A DNA stretch of 64,000 bases from positions 300,275 to 364,274 of the forward strand of contig JALDTO010000200.1 of assembly GCA_023515725.1 (NCBI GenBank), given 5' to 3'. The notes beneath the pieces were generated by a model. It did no database searches, had not been told where the DNA came from, and saw nothing but the letters and a program-made list of their open reading frames with translations. Shown here one piece after another: positions 1-11,785 of this stretch. Both the position numbers and the translations under genes were made by a program. The DNA is from Amoeboaphelidium protococcarum X5 (lineage: Eukaryota; Fungi; Aphelidiomycota). Every line of letters starts with the position of its first letter. Position 1 is the first letter of the stretch.

Positions 1-1158
1 ACAAGCTCTGGAAGAAGCAGTGATTGGCCCTGTTTGGTGGACATATCTAAAGGTGTTGAAAAATGTCCTGAAAACGTTCCTCCGTCATAATAGAGAAGAC
101 GCAGAAGACGTCTTATAACCAGACGTCGTGGCAGAGGATTGCGGCTGTTCAGTTTAGTACCAATTGGGAAGCTTCGTCAGAAGCACATCTTGGTTGACAC
201 AGACGCGCTCCATGACCTCTATCAAATGGCTGACATGGAAGTCCCTCCTAAGCCTGAATTCAGAAACTAGGCCGATGTATGGTGGAGAAGAGCTTTTGAC
301 GTTGACTCTGTGACCACTGCCAACAGAAGATTTGGGTACTCTCTAAGCACTGATGGCGTCCAGGTTAGTTTGCACCTGATGAAGCCATTCCAAGAGGCTG
401 AAGTCAATGACTGGGGCTTTGATTTAGATGGGGCGTATTATCCGCTGGAAGTTGGTCCAAATACTAATGTCGTTGGTCTAGATGGAGGCCGTAGATGCCT
501 GTACACCACTGTGTCTGGCGAGGGCAGAGACGATGAGCAAATGTGTCGAAATGTCAGATGGCAAGAAATCTCTGGCTCAACATATGCAAAGAAGAAGAAA
601 GCTGTTTGGATGAGACACGATCCGCAAATGCAAGCTTGGATAACTCTGATCCCTACTCCTCGCTGCATGACACATGATGCTTATCATGCTCATCTTACTC
701 ATTTTCTGGGGTTGCGTAATCAATTGCTGGGCTTCTACCGCGACAGTAAATGGCGTCGTTTGCGCTGGAAGACACGTATCAAGCGATAGAAAGCGTACGA
801 TTAAATTGCGTAAGAGTTGTCCAATGGCAATGAGGACACAATAATTGCCTATGGTGGTGGTTCGTTCGATAGCTCCTCAAGAGGACATCCTCCAACTCCT
901 ACCAAGCATCTCTTTGTGGAGCTTAAACGGAGATTCAAATGCAGGCTTATACCTGAGTATCGAACAAGCTAGGTATGTTCCAATTGTGACGGTTAGTTGA
1001 CATAAACTAGATTCTGGGCGGTCAAAGAGTGCCAAAACCTTTGCTTGACTCTCTGGAATCGTGATGTTAACGCAGCCAGGAACATTAGTCGCGTATTTCT
1101 CTACAGGAATGAACACAATGGTGAACGGCCAGAATAGTTTCGTCCCAGAAGGCGTTGA
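1..1158 (+). CDS. Fanzor1-like RNA-guided RuvC endonuclease (TnpB-derived), 5' truncated by the window edge
   Basis: With TAR=Gln the frame is open from 1 to TGA at 1156-1158. Motifs: FSLVP..HILVDT, STDGVQVS, RuvC-I VVGLDGGRR, IAYGGG, RuvC-II IPEYRTSQVC, Zn finger CSNC...CQNLC, RuvC-III WNRDVNAARNI. Confidence 0.9.
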
Positions 1159-1292
1159 ATGACAATCTGATGCCCACTGTGGCTACGGCGGATATAAGGA
1201 GGGTTGGGCAGCCTGTTGATCTATATTGCAAAGTCGTGGCCAGCTGCAGGTCCCATTTGGACCGCTTCAGCGTGCAAATATTGAGTGATCAA
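1159..1292 (+). ncRNA. Putative Fanzor omegaRNA scaffold / element right end
   Basis: Immediately downstream of the Fanzor stop. Pairings: TGCCCA 1171-1176 / TGGGCA 1205-1210; TGGCTACGGC 1180-1189 / GTCGTGGCCA 1233-1242 (with G-U); GGTCC 1249-1253 / GGACC 1259-1263 inside GCTG/CAGC; TTGATC 1216-1221 / GATCAA 1287-1292. Boundaries approximate. Confidence 0.6.
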
Positions 1293-1412
1293 TCCTTGTT
1301 ATCTCTTCTTGTCTGCATTCCGTGATTGTCTTTAAACTCTGCTACAATACATTGCATTTATTTCAATTCTCTCTTTATTATTATTAGTAAAACAATTGAA
1401 TAAGTAATACTT

Positions 1413-3713
1413 ATGTCAACGCAAGTATATGAAGGGAAATCTGTGCAGTGGGTGAAGAGCACTTTGTAGCAGTTGAAAGACAAGAAGGCTAATCTTGGTT
1501 ATGACTTATAATCCGAGATATCTAGCCATCACTCTGAAGTTGTTCAGTTTGTTAGTCTTGTTAATTAGTGCGTTGGAGATCTGACAGGTATCAAATCGAG
1601 TTTAAATGTTGATTTTGGTGTATTGAAACTGGATCGAAGTCAGAGGCTGACAGTAGGAGAAGTCTCAGCATCTAACGGCAATCCGTCCAGTGATGATCAA
1701 CATCAGTCTTAGCTAATGGCCTCTAAGCGTAGAGAACACAAAGAATGTTTTAGTCCTGAAGTGGAGTGGCTTGTTAAGGAGATGATTGATGAGTTGGATG
1801 TTCTGATTGCTCACCGGGAATTCAAGGATGCTGTTGACTGTCTAAAGCGCGGTGAGACTGTGTATTAGAATGTTGGATCCTAGTTTATTGAAGATTTTTA
1901 TGGTGAAGATATGGTTCGAGATGTACAGCTGGTATTGTAGAGTAGAAAAGATTTTATTGGTAAGCTGTTATTGAAGCAGATGAATATTGATGCTCTTGTC
2001 AGATTAGGGCCTGGATATGCGCATCGAGCTCAAGTATTATACCTGTAGAGTTAGTAGGAATCTCTGCACACTAAGCTCCGTATGATATCATTTGAGAATG
2101 ACATTGAAGCGTATGTTCACGATTAGTGTTATGTGTTTTTTACTCTGCTCAGTAGAGTGGTTGGAGAATCTATGCGCCTGTTTGTTAGTCAATAGTCTAC
2201 TCTTACTATATTTGTATGGATTCAGGATGAGGTTTAATGGTTTTTGAACAGATTCAGATCTTTGGTGTTTAATTAAAAGTAGCGGTAGTAGCGTGATGGA
2301 GAATTTAATGATTTTCGAATGGTATTGAATTGTCTCACATACATTGATGAAGGTGTTTAGATTATGAAAGATGGTGGTTTTGATATTGGCGCTATATTTC
2401 TTCGCTAGACTGATGTTTATGGCTTGAAGCAAGATGTTTAACAACTTTTAGAGGTATATTCTGGAGCTAAATAAGCATAATTGTCTGCCAAGTTGGCTGA
2501 GGATGACTTTAATTTGTTGGTTGGAGTATCCGAGATGAATGTTGAGATAATAGACACTTCTGAGTAAGGAGGTAATTCTTAACACGAGAAAATTAAGTTG
2601 GTAGGTGCTGCAGTTATTGTGTCTGCCTAAAGCTTTATGAGGACTCTTTTTGAGGCTATATTTATTGATTTGTGCCCATTTATAAGTGATGAGTAGTCTG
2701 GAATAATCTTTGGTGGAATGTATTTTAAGGAGGTTATCGATCAGTTGCAGTAGATGATAGATCACTATTCTAGATAGTTGATGGATTCTCTTAAGGACCG
2801 GTTTATCACTTTTAAGTAACGAATTAATATGCTTATTAGTATGTAGTATTTGTATAGATATTTGTTTCCGCTACTGCATAAAGTACTGTCCGAGTAGTGC
2901 AGTGTTTTATCGACTGAAGTCAACCGCGTTCTTGGTGTAAAAACGTCTCCATTATTATAATAGGAATCTTATATATCTCTTGGATTTAATCGAGAAATTT
3001 ATAGATTTGTAAAAACTCAGGATAAACTGCTGGCAATGTGTGAGATTGCCACAGATTTGACTTGCAGTCTGTATGAACGTGAATTAGTGAAATCAACATG
3101 GTGTTTTGGTATCGGCTGTCTCGGTGGTCTCGGTGACAGTGTTAATCCATCTGCTATTTGTATGAGCTACGCTGGTGACGCGTATCCTGTAATAGAGTAA
3201 CTGATTCCCAATGATTAAATGATAAGATTGGTGAAAACATTGCAGGCAGCTGATGATGAGATTGAGAGTATAATTGGTTAGTTTAATGTCGCCAAATCTG
3301 CCTTTGATACGGTATGTTTTATCGATAAAAAGTTTCTAATGACTGCAATATTGACAATTTTGGTTAATGATCTCGGTGACGATAGGAATTGGGTAAAAGA
3401 AAATGGTCAGAGTAGAGACATTGGATACACAGGTCTGCATCAACTGCTTTTGGATATCCATTTCTTTACCAAACTCTGTGACAACTACCTCACTGAAGGA
3501 ATGATTAAACAATGTACTGATGTCTGTTCGCGAGCTGTAAAGATTTACCTGAAGAACTGTAGCGATACCGAGCGTAAGAGAGTTCTCAAAGCCAGCGACT
3601 GGTATGACAAGCGCTTTGCTGAAGTTGTGGGCAAGGAGAAGCTTCGTAAACTAGGTTCCGTCGCGGCTAAATCTGCTAATGTGGATGGCAAAGCAGCGAA
3701 AGATCGAAAGTGA
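1413..3713 (+). CDS. EXO84: Exocyst subunit Exo84/EXOC8-like protein
   Basis: Single ~766-aa ORF ending in TGA (middle not checked codon by codon). Motifs EWLVKEMIDELDVLIAHREFKDAV, LVRLG, YVHD..YVFF and GLHQLLLDIHF resemble the Exo84 helical C-terminal region. Confidence 0.7.
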
Positions 3714-3763
3714 CTAGGCTGATACACAATAATATTTCGATTTTTTATAATTTACAGGTGTAT

Positions 3764-4459
3764 TCATTTTTATTGCTGACGCTTCTATGTATTACTATTA
3801 TTCTTGTTCTTACTCTTCTTGGGCTTGAGGTTCAAGATTTAATTAAAATCTGTAATCAACTCTTCCTCATCAGAGGATAAAGGACTATCAAGGAGATTCT
3901 CATGCTGGCGCAATTCCACCTCACCACGCCTGACGTTAATTGTGATACGTTTAGCAATATTGTCGCGTTCGACATCAGCGTGAGGATTATCGCGACTCTT
4001 CAAAATAGAGTGAGGCCGGGCACCAAAACTTGAAGCAGATTCTCCAGAATCAGATTAGTTGCCACCAAAAGAGTCTACCGCAGACGTAGATAGGAAAGAT
4101 GAGGAATGTGACGAAGAGGTACTGTTGGAGGCATAAGACTCTTGCCGTTTATATCCATCGTCATTAACGCCGTCTCCATGGCCGCGACAGGACTTTTTGA
4201 GAGACTTCTTTGAGGGAAGGACGATGACGTGATTCTTGGCGAGGTTGAATTGAACAATCTACACACACACACACACACACAAAATAAATACATCATATGA
4301 TATAACAATATTATATAGCATAAAACTTACAGGATGATGATGATGATGTTAATTATGATAATGACCATGATACTCATGGAAATGATGCGTGTGATGATGA
4401 TGATGAGTATTATGCTGGTGATATGATACAGGACTTTCAACAGAAGTAGAGCCAGTCAT
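3764..4459 (-). CDS. Hypothetical ~207-aa protein with His-rich N-terminus; exons 4459-4331 and 4258-3764
   Basis: ATG at 4459; GTAAG...TAG intron 4330-4259 (72 nt) joins the exons in frame; TGA at 3764-3766. Confidence 0.6.
4261..4280. repeat. (AC)n microsatellite inside an intron
   Basis: acacacacac acacacacac. Confidence 0.9.
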
Positions 4460-5413
4460 GATTCAAAAGTTGTAGATAATTCCAAAAAGTGTTAGAGAGA
4501 GTAGAAGTAGTAGTAAGTATTCAGATATAGCAGGATTCCAGTTGATGACGATGTAGAGGATGTAGTCGGAGATTAATTCTACACAAACACAATACACACA
4601 CACACACGGATTAGGTAGAGACGGAAGTTGGTCGAATCACTGCGAATAAAACAATTTCGGTGGCGCATGTCTTGTGACTGGACGCTAAGCCGCGGCCGCT
4701 GATCACACGCACGCCTGATCCCCTGAGGGAAAGATGCGACGTTCACACGGCTTGGCTTGTTTCAGCATGGCGCGCGTCTAGGCGCCACCACTATTGTTTT
4801 ATTCACAATCATTTAAAATCTTACCCTTTTTTAATTATCTATAATCACTAAGAGAAGATACAATTTCTTCAAATTTACTGTGGGAAGAGAATTGATTTAT
4901 TTATCCGATGCTATTATTGTTGCCAGGAAGACGCGAGAGAAATCGATGCTATCAACAATTGGCAATGTTGAACATCGTGATTCGCGCTTCAATATGCCTA
5001 GATGCTGCGAATAGTAACACAGATCTGGTAGTACACAATATTGCTGATTGGAGCGCTGAGTAGTACGAGCCTCACGCATTATAAGAGTGACCGATTTGTG
5101 TAATCGAGAAATCGCTGAGATTGTTTCAAGTGTTAGCCATTCGTATAGCATCTAGGCGCGTACAGTACGATGCATCAGATGGTGTATGTGTTGTATTCTA
5201 TTTCATATGCCAATTTCACTACAAAAACGATTACAGCTATATTTATGAGTTATTTCTTTCCAAATTATACCACGCATACTTGAATGCGGCTTGTGCCAAA
5301 GCTATCGAACTGATGCATCGTAGCAACAGAAATGCGAATTGAAAATAGCCATATCGGATCTAACACAACAAAAACTAACTTCTCTTAGTAATAACTGATT
5401 ATCAATACTTCAT

Positions 5414-8400
5414 ATGACCATGTAAAGTACAATAGACAAAATAAAATAGATATTACATCTATCGGTCAAGAAGGATTAACTTGACAGGTTTAGAACAGTT
5501 GTAGTCAATAAGGCAGACCCTTTAGTATTGCCACAGGCATACCTGTCAAACTCAGTATCAACATCAAAGTACACAGTGTACAGCTTCGTGCTGAAATTTC
5601 TATATGAGCAATTCTCAAAGTATGCCAACCTGTTCTTTCTATTTACTGCATGTATTCAGGTTAGATTAAATCTACTCAATAACAACTTTTAACTAATGAC
5701 TCGTCATTAATAATGTGTAGTAAATCGATGGAGTCTCGCCTACTTCCAGGTACACTACTATTGTACCGTTACTGTTTGTGCTGGTTGCCTCTGCGGCCAA
5801 AGAGATGGTGGAAGATTTTAAACGGCACAAGAGTGATGAGGAAGTGAACAATCGTATGTGCCACAAACTGCAGAGTGGATCTTTTGTGCAGGTGCTATGG
5901 AAAGATCTACAGGTTGGTGATATTATCAAGGTGACGAATGAGAACTACTTTCCCGCTGATTTGGTGCTCCTCAGCTCAAGTGAACCAGAGGGATTGTGTT
6001 ACATTGAGACCAGCAGTTTGGACGGTGAGACTAATCTGAAAATCAAGCAGAGTCGATAGGAGACTTGTCACATTTTGACTGCAGAACTTGCACAGGGATT
6101 TTAAGCTGAATTGAGTACAGAATTACCCAACAGTAGTCTGTACACTTTTGATGGTACAATGATCATGTCTAATGGTGGCCAATAGAAGATACCTCTGGAC
6201 CCATCCCAGATATTGTTACGTGGTGCAATGCTACGGAACACGGCTTGGGTCTATGGCGTTGTAGTCTTCACCGGGCATGATTGCAAATTGATGTAGAATT
6301 CCACCGCGGCACCTATTAAACAGAGTAGAGTGGAGAAGATGACTAATCGTCAGATTGTGATGCTGTTTATCATACTGCTCCTGATGTCTGTTTGTAGTGC
6401 TGCTGGATAGCTAGCCTACCTATAAGCTGATCAGTTTAGCTACCTATACCCAGACGGTCTTAGTAATCGTCAAGTTGCTGCCAATTTCTTTTTGAATATC
6501 CTGACTTTTATTATCCTATACAATAATTTGATTCCGATCAGTTTAATAGTTACTATGGAGGTGGTAAAATTGGTATAATCGCGTTTAATTGGCAATGATT
6601 TAGATATTTATAATCCCAAGAACGATACACCAACTGTTGTGCGTACGAGCTCTCTGGTTGAAGAACTGGGCTAGGTTGACTACATTTTTAGCGATAAGAC
6701 TGGAACACTGACTTGTAATGAGATGGAATTTTTGAATTGTACTGTGGCAGGTACCCGGTATGATTTGCAGAAAGGTGTCAATAAGACATTTGCCGACCTG
6801 TCATAAGTGGCGTTAAGTAATGAAGGATCCGCAGGGTAGGCGTGTGACATGTTTCTCACCATACTCTCTGTGTGTCATACTGTGATTCCAGAGATGGTGA
6901 AGCCGAAAGATGGGTCCTCCGACTAGCCCAAGATCAAGTATCAGTCTTCCTCTCCTGATGAGGCTGCTCTTGTTGATGGTGCGGCTGGAATGAGCTATGT
7001 GTTCAAACAAAGACGTCCAAGTTCACTTGTTATTGAGAAGGGTGGAAAGGAGGTGGAGTATCAGGTGTTGAATATTTGTGAATTCAATTCCACGCGTAAA
7101 AGAATGTCTGCTGTTGTCAGATTTCCAGACGGTAGGATTGTATTACTGATCAAAGGCGCAGATACAGTCATTTTTGAGCGTTTATCTAAAGCTGGCGAGA
7201 ATGTGAATCTTTATTTTGAAAGTGTCAATAAAGAGTTGGAAGTTTTTGCCTTGGAAGGATTAAGGACACTGTGCTTTGCGTATCGCGAAATTCCTGAGCA
7301 GGAGTACGATAGTTGGGTCAAGGTGTTCAATGATGCGGCTACTTGCCTGACTGATAGATCTCAAAAGCTAGATGAAGCTGCTGAGCTTATTGAGAAGGAC
7401 TTGATTTTGGTTGGTGCGTCGGCGATAGAGGATAAACTGTAATAAGGTGTACCCGATACAATTCATACTCTGGCTGATGCAGGCATTAAAATCTGGGTTC
7501 TTACTGGAGACAGACAAGAGACGGCCATTAACATTGGGTATAGTTGCAAATTATTAACTCAGGCGATGTCATTAGTCATTATTGAAGGCGAGGATGAGAA
7601 AGAAGTTAACCTGTCCATCTGCAAGAAGTTGGATATCATCAAGGATTGTATGAAAAAATATAAATTTCCTTTGCCTGAAGGAAGGTATGATCCGGCACTG
7701 AGTAAGCAGTCAAAGGGATCTAACAAGTTTCGGGATTACGCTCGAGATCTACTTTACTCTCTTAATGGTGCCAAGAAGACTGCATACAGTAAAGCAGTGG
7801 ATAGCTAAAGTAATTTCGTGATGGTTGATTTAGGCACTGGTGGCAATGATGATTTACAATTGGTACATGATGAGTAGAATGCTCCGATTCTTGCGCTGGT
7901 GATTGATGGTAAAACTCTTAAACACGCTTTGTAGCCTAATATTGCGCTGCTGTTCTTGTAACTTGCCACTCTGTGCAAGTCTGTCATATGTTGTCGCGTC
8001 AGTCCTCTTCAGAAAGCCTTGGTCGTAAAGCTGGTTAAAGATAATATGGACGCAGTGACTTTAGCTATTGGAGATGGTGCGAATGACGTTAGTATGATTC
8101 AAAGTGCCCACATCGGAGTAGGTATCAGTGGAAATGAAGGATTACAAGCTGCTAGATCATCTGATATAGCCATCAGTTAATTCAAGTATTTGCAGAAACT
8201 AGTCCTGGTACATGGAGCTTGGAGTTATGCACGTCTGAGTAAGTTGATCTTATTCTCGTTCTACAAGAACATCACTCTGTACATGACACAGTTATGGTTT
8301 GCCTTCTACAATGGATTTTCTGGTTAGACCATTTATGAATCTTGGACCATATCTCTGTACAATGTGATATTTACTGTGCTGCCACCTCTGTTCATTGGTG

Positions 8401-9131
8401 TGTTTGATCAGTATCTATCGGCTAGAGTACTTGGAGAGTACCCGCAGTTGTATAAAAGTTATCAAAAAAAGGAGTTTTTCAATCTGCATGTGTTTTGGGG
8501 ATGGGTTATGAATGCAATATACCACTCCCTACTTTTATACTTTATAACATACATTGGTATAACGGGAGGTGGATTCGCGTTAGGTGATGGTCCTTACTAA
8601 GGCACAATGTCCGGTATGTGGTTGGACGGAACACTGTTGTACAGTTGTGTGTTAATGACTGTTCTGCTTAAAGCTGCATACACTTTGGCCACATGGAACA
8701 AGTATACCACACTGGCTATTGTCGGATCTTTTGTGTCATGGATCGTGTTCCTACCAATTTATTCCATCGCTGCACCAGCCAATAATCTGTCGATGGAGTT
8801 GAATGGAATCACGCCGCCGCTATATGGAAGTGGCGTATTCTGGTTCAGTCTGATTCTAGTACCAGGTATCTGTATATTGAGGGACGTAATCTGGAAGTAT
8901 GCCAAGAGAATGGCCCTATTCAAAGATTACCATATCGTGCAGGAGATTCAAAGATACGGCACGGTGGATCACAGTCCACAGTCGAACAATTTCAAGCGCG
9001 CGGTGAAACGACTGTAGAAGATTCAAAAGTTTCACAATCGCGGCTATGCCTTCAGCTAGAATGAGAGTGGAATGGCGGACATTGTGAAGAAGTATGACAC
9101 GCTGACTCTAAGTAGGCCATCTGGAAATTGA
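5414..9131 (+). CDS. DRS2: P4-ATPase phospholipid flippase (Drs2/ATP8A clade); intron 5660-5720
   Basis: Motifs [45 protein letters not shown] and C-terminal RGYAFSQNE. A GTTAG...TGTAG intron restores the frame. Confidence 0.95.
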
Positions 9132-9291
9132 ACCCGTGTCTGTAATAATAAAAATTAGAAATTTAGAATTATGATGTATGATGTATGTTTCAAAACGGTT
9201 GGCGATAATTATCATCACTGTTTTAATCACTTCAAGGCGATGTGAATCGTTTAAGCGAGTGAGAGTGCGAGTCAAAAGTCAACTCACTAAA

Positions 9292-9308
9292 GAGAGAGAG
9301 AGAGAGAG
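9292..9308. repeat. (GA)n microsatellite upstream of the epsin gene
   Basis: gagagagagagagagag. Confidence 0.8.
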
Positions 9309-9514
9309 AAACTAAAGTTGTTTTGGCTCTTTGGCCGTTTCGACGATCCAAACAATTGACGATTGTTCTTTCTATTTCTCAATCAATCATCACTACGGTA
9401 GTAAAATTTTAATTACTACTGCTATAACAACTTTATCATCTTATTATTATTGTTGTTTAATTATAAAGTCTTTTTATTACTTTGATAATTGATACACAGA
9501 GATAATCGGTAAAG

Positions 9515-11431
9515 ATGAATTAGATTGCTAGAAGTACAATGAGGTAGGCCAAAAACTTCACCAAGGGCTATTCTGATGTCCAGGTAAAAGTTAGAGAGGC
9601 TACCAGTAACGATCCATGGGGTCCTAGTGGCACTTAGATGGGCGAAATTGCTGATTGCACATATCGCACCCAAGACTTTATGGAAATTATGGATATCCTG
9701 GATAAGCGTCTGAATGATTCTGGCAAGAACTGGCGACATGTGTTCAAAGCTCTTACTCTGCTTGACTACTTGTTACACTGTGGAAGTGAGCAGGTTATTG
9801 CTTATGCCAAGTAGAATTTGTATGTGATAAAGACGTTGAAAGAATTTCAGTTTGTCGATGATGAAGGCAAAGATCAAGGAGCCAATGTCAGAGAGAAGAG
9901 CAAGTAGATTGCCTCCCTTCTGGCCGATGATGACCGCTTGCGTGATGAGAGAAAGAGCAGGGCAGCGCTGAGACAGAAACTGGGCCAGCCCGGAATTGGT
10001 AATGGCGGATCTGTATCTGGAACATATAACAGCAGTTCTAGATTTGATGGTGGTCGCCATGAAAGAACTGCTTCTTATGAACCCCGCTCCGAGTATGAAG
10101 AAGAGAGGTAGGTGGAGAAGGCTCTGGAGGAGAGCAGACGTCTCGAAGATGAACGGCGTTAGAAGGAGAAGGAGCGTGAAGAGGCTGAGCTCAGGAAGGC
10201 TTTGGAATTGTCCAAATCTGAGGCTGCTGGTGGTGGTAGAAGTAATGTCGTAGTTGGTTCTTCCTCTTAGCAGTAACTTTCGACTCAATAGTAGTAGTAA
10301 CAATAGCGCTAACAGCAAGTATAGCCTCAATCATCATAATAGCAAGGTATGATTGATTTGTGGGGTGATGCTAATGTTGACCAGAATAAGAATGATTTGG
10401 ATTTCTTTGGCTCTATGGCTTAGACTCAGCCTGTGTAACAAAGCCAGCCAGATCCATTCGGATTCAGCCCTGGGAAGATGCCTATGAATTAGTCAGGTCC
10501 TATTGGAGGATAATAGTCTTAGTATGATAGGTATGGGAATCAGGCTCAGCATTATCCTCAAGGTGGAAACGGAAGTGTTTATGGATAACCATTATAACAA
10601 TCCTAAGCTCTGGCACCTTAGTAGTAGTAATAACAATAGTTATAACAATAGAAAGTTGGAGGTGCAACAGACTTTTTTGACTCCGCATTTGATGGCGGTG
10701 CTGGATAGAAGAATCTTGTGCCAAAGTATGTGCAGGGCTAGTAGAATATGAACCCGAATGCTGCACTTGCGCACATTGCTCGAAATGCCACTTAGATTGA
10801 TCCTTTTGCTAATCTGGCTGCCAACTCTTCTTCTGGTGCTGCAAAGAGTGGTAGCGCTAGTAATTTTAAGAATAGTTCGAATGATTTGAGTCTATTTGGT
10901 GCTGGCGGAAATACTGGTGGAAATGCTCCTCTTTCTCAGCAAAATCAATAGACTATTCAATTGTATGGTGGTGGAAATGGTATGAATAATCAGATGTAAC
11001 CTTACTCTGGTGGTAATAACAATAACTTTTAGCAGCCTTAGTAGCAACAGTAGTAGTAGAACTCTAACCGCCCGCCAATGTTTAATGGTAGTGGATATTC
11101 TTGTGGGAGTATGATGATGATGCAATAGTAGCCATAGTAGCCATAGTAAATGTACTAACAGCCACAAAGCTAGTACACTTATGGTGCACCTGCGCCTGGG
11201 TATCAACAGCCTAATTCGTTTGGATTTATGCCTCAACAGCAACCATATGGTGGATCTGGTTTTGGAGCAGGAAATGGAGGTGGATTCGGCGGACAATAGT
11301 TTGGATAACAGCAGCAACCGCCTGTGCAAGGTCAAGGATTTACCGCACAGTAAACTTCCAACTAATAGTAGCAGTAGTAGAAGAATAACACGAACGACCC
11401 GTTTGCTAATCTGGTGTCTTTTGGTAAATGA
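9515..11431 (+). CDS. Epsin (ENTH domain, UIM, DPF motifs, Q-rich tail)
   Basis: KVREATSNDPWGP and GKNWRHVFKALTLLDYL (ENTH), EEAELRKALELS (UIM), several DPF motifs, polyQ from mixed CAR/TAR codons, ends in TGA. Confidence 0.93.
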
Positions 11432-11785
11432 GAGAAAATATGTTGTATGTGAGTATGTGTGTGAAGATTTATAAATTTTGTTGTTGTGTTGAATTTTAAA
11501 TATTATTTTGATTTGCAATACGGCTTGGCAAATGATAGTTGGACCGCAATAGTGCACATTACATCTAGGCTGTGACCAAGTCAGGCGAGCGAATCTGGTG
11601 AACCAGATTGGACGCGGCAAATGGTGCTACTCAAGCTTCCCGCTAAGCCAATGAACACAAGACTTAATGTGCCTGCTTTAGCTTCATTATTGCTGTTTGG
11701 GATTTGTAACTCTATTTACCCAAAATATCAAAGATCACATTATATCAACTGTTTGCGCATAAAGTCTACTACCTGATCGAATAAT

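Noticed and set aside
4850-5345. Short ORFs between the His-rich gene and DRS2
   Set aside because: No motifs and no convincing gene structure; treated as intergenic.
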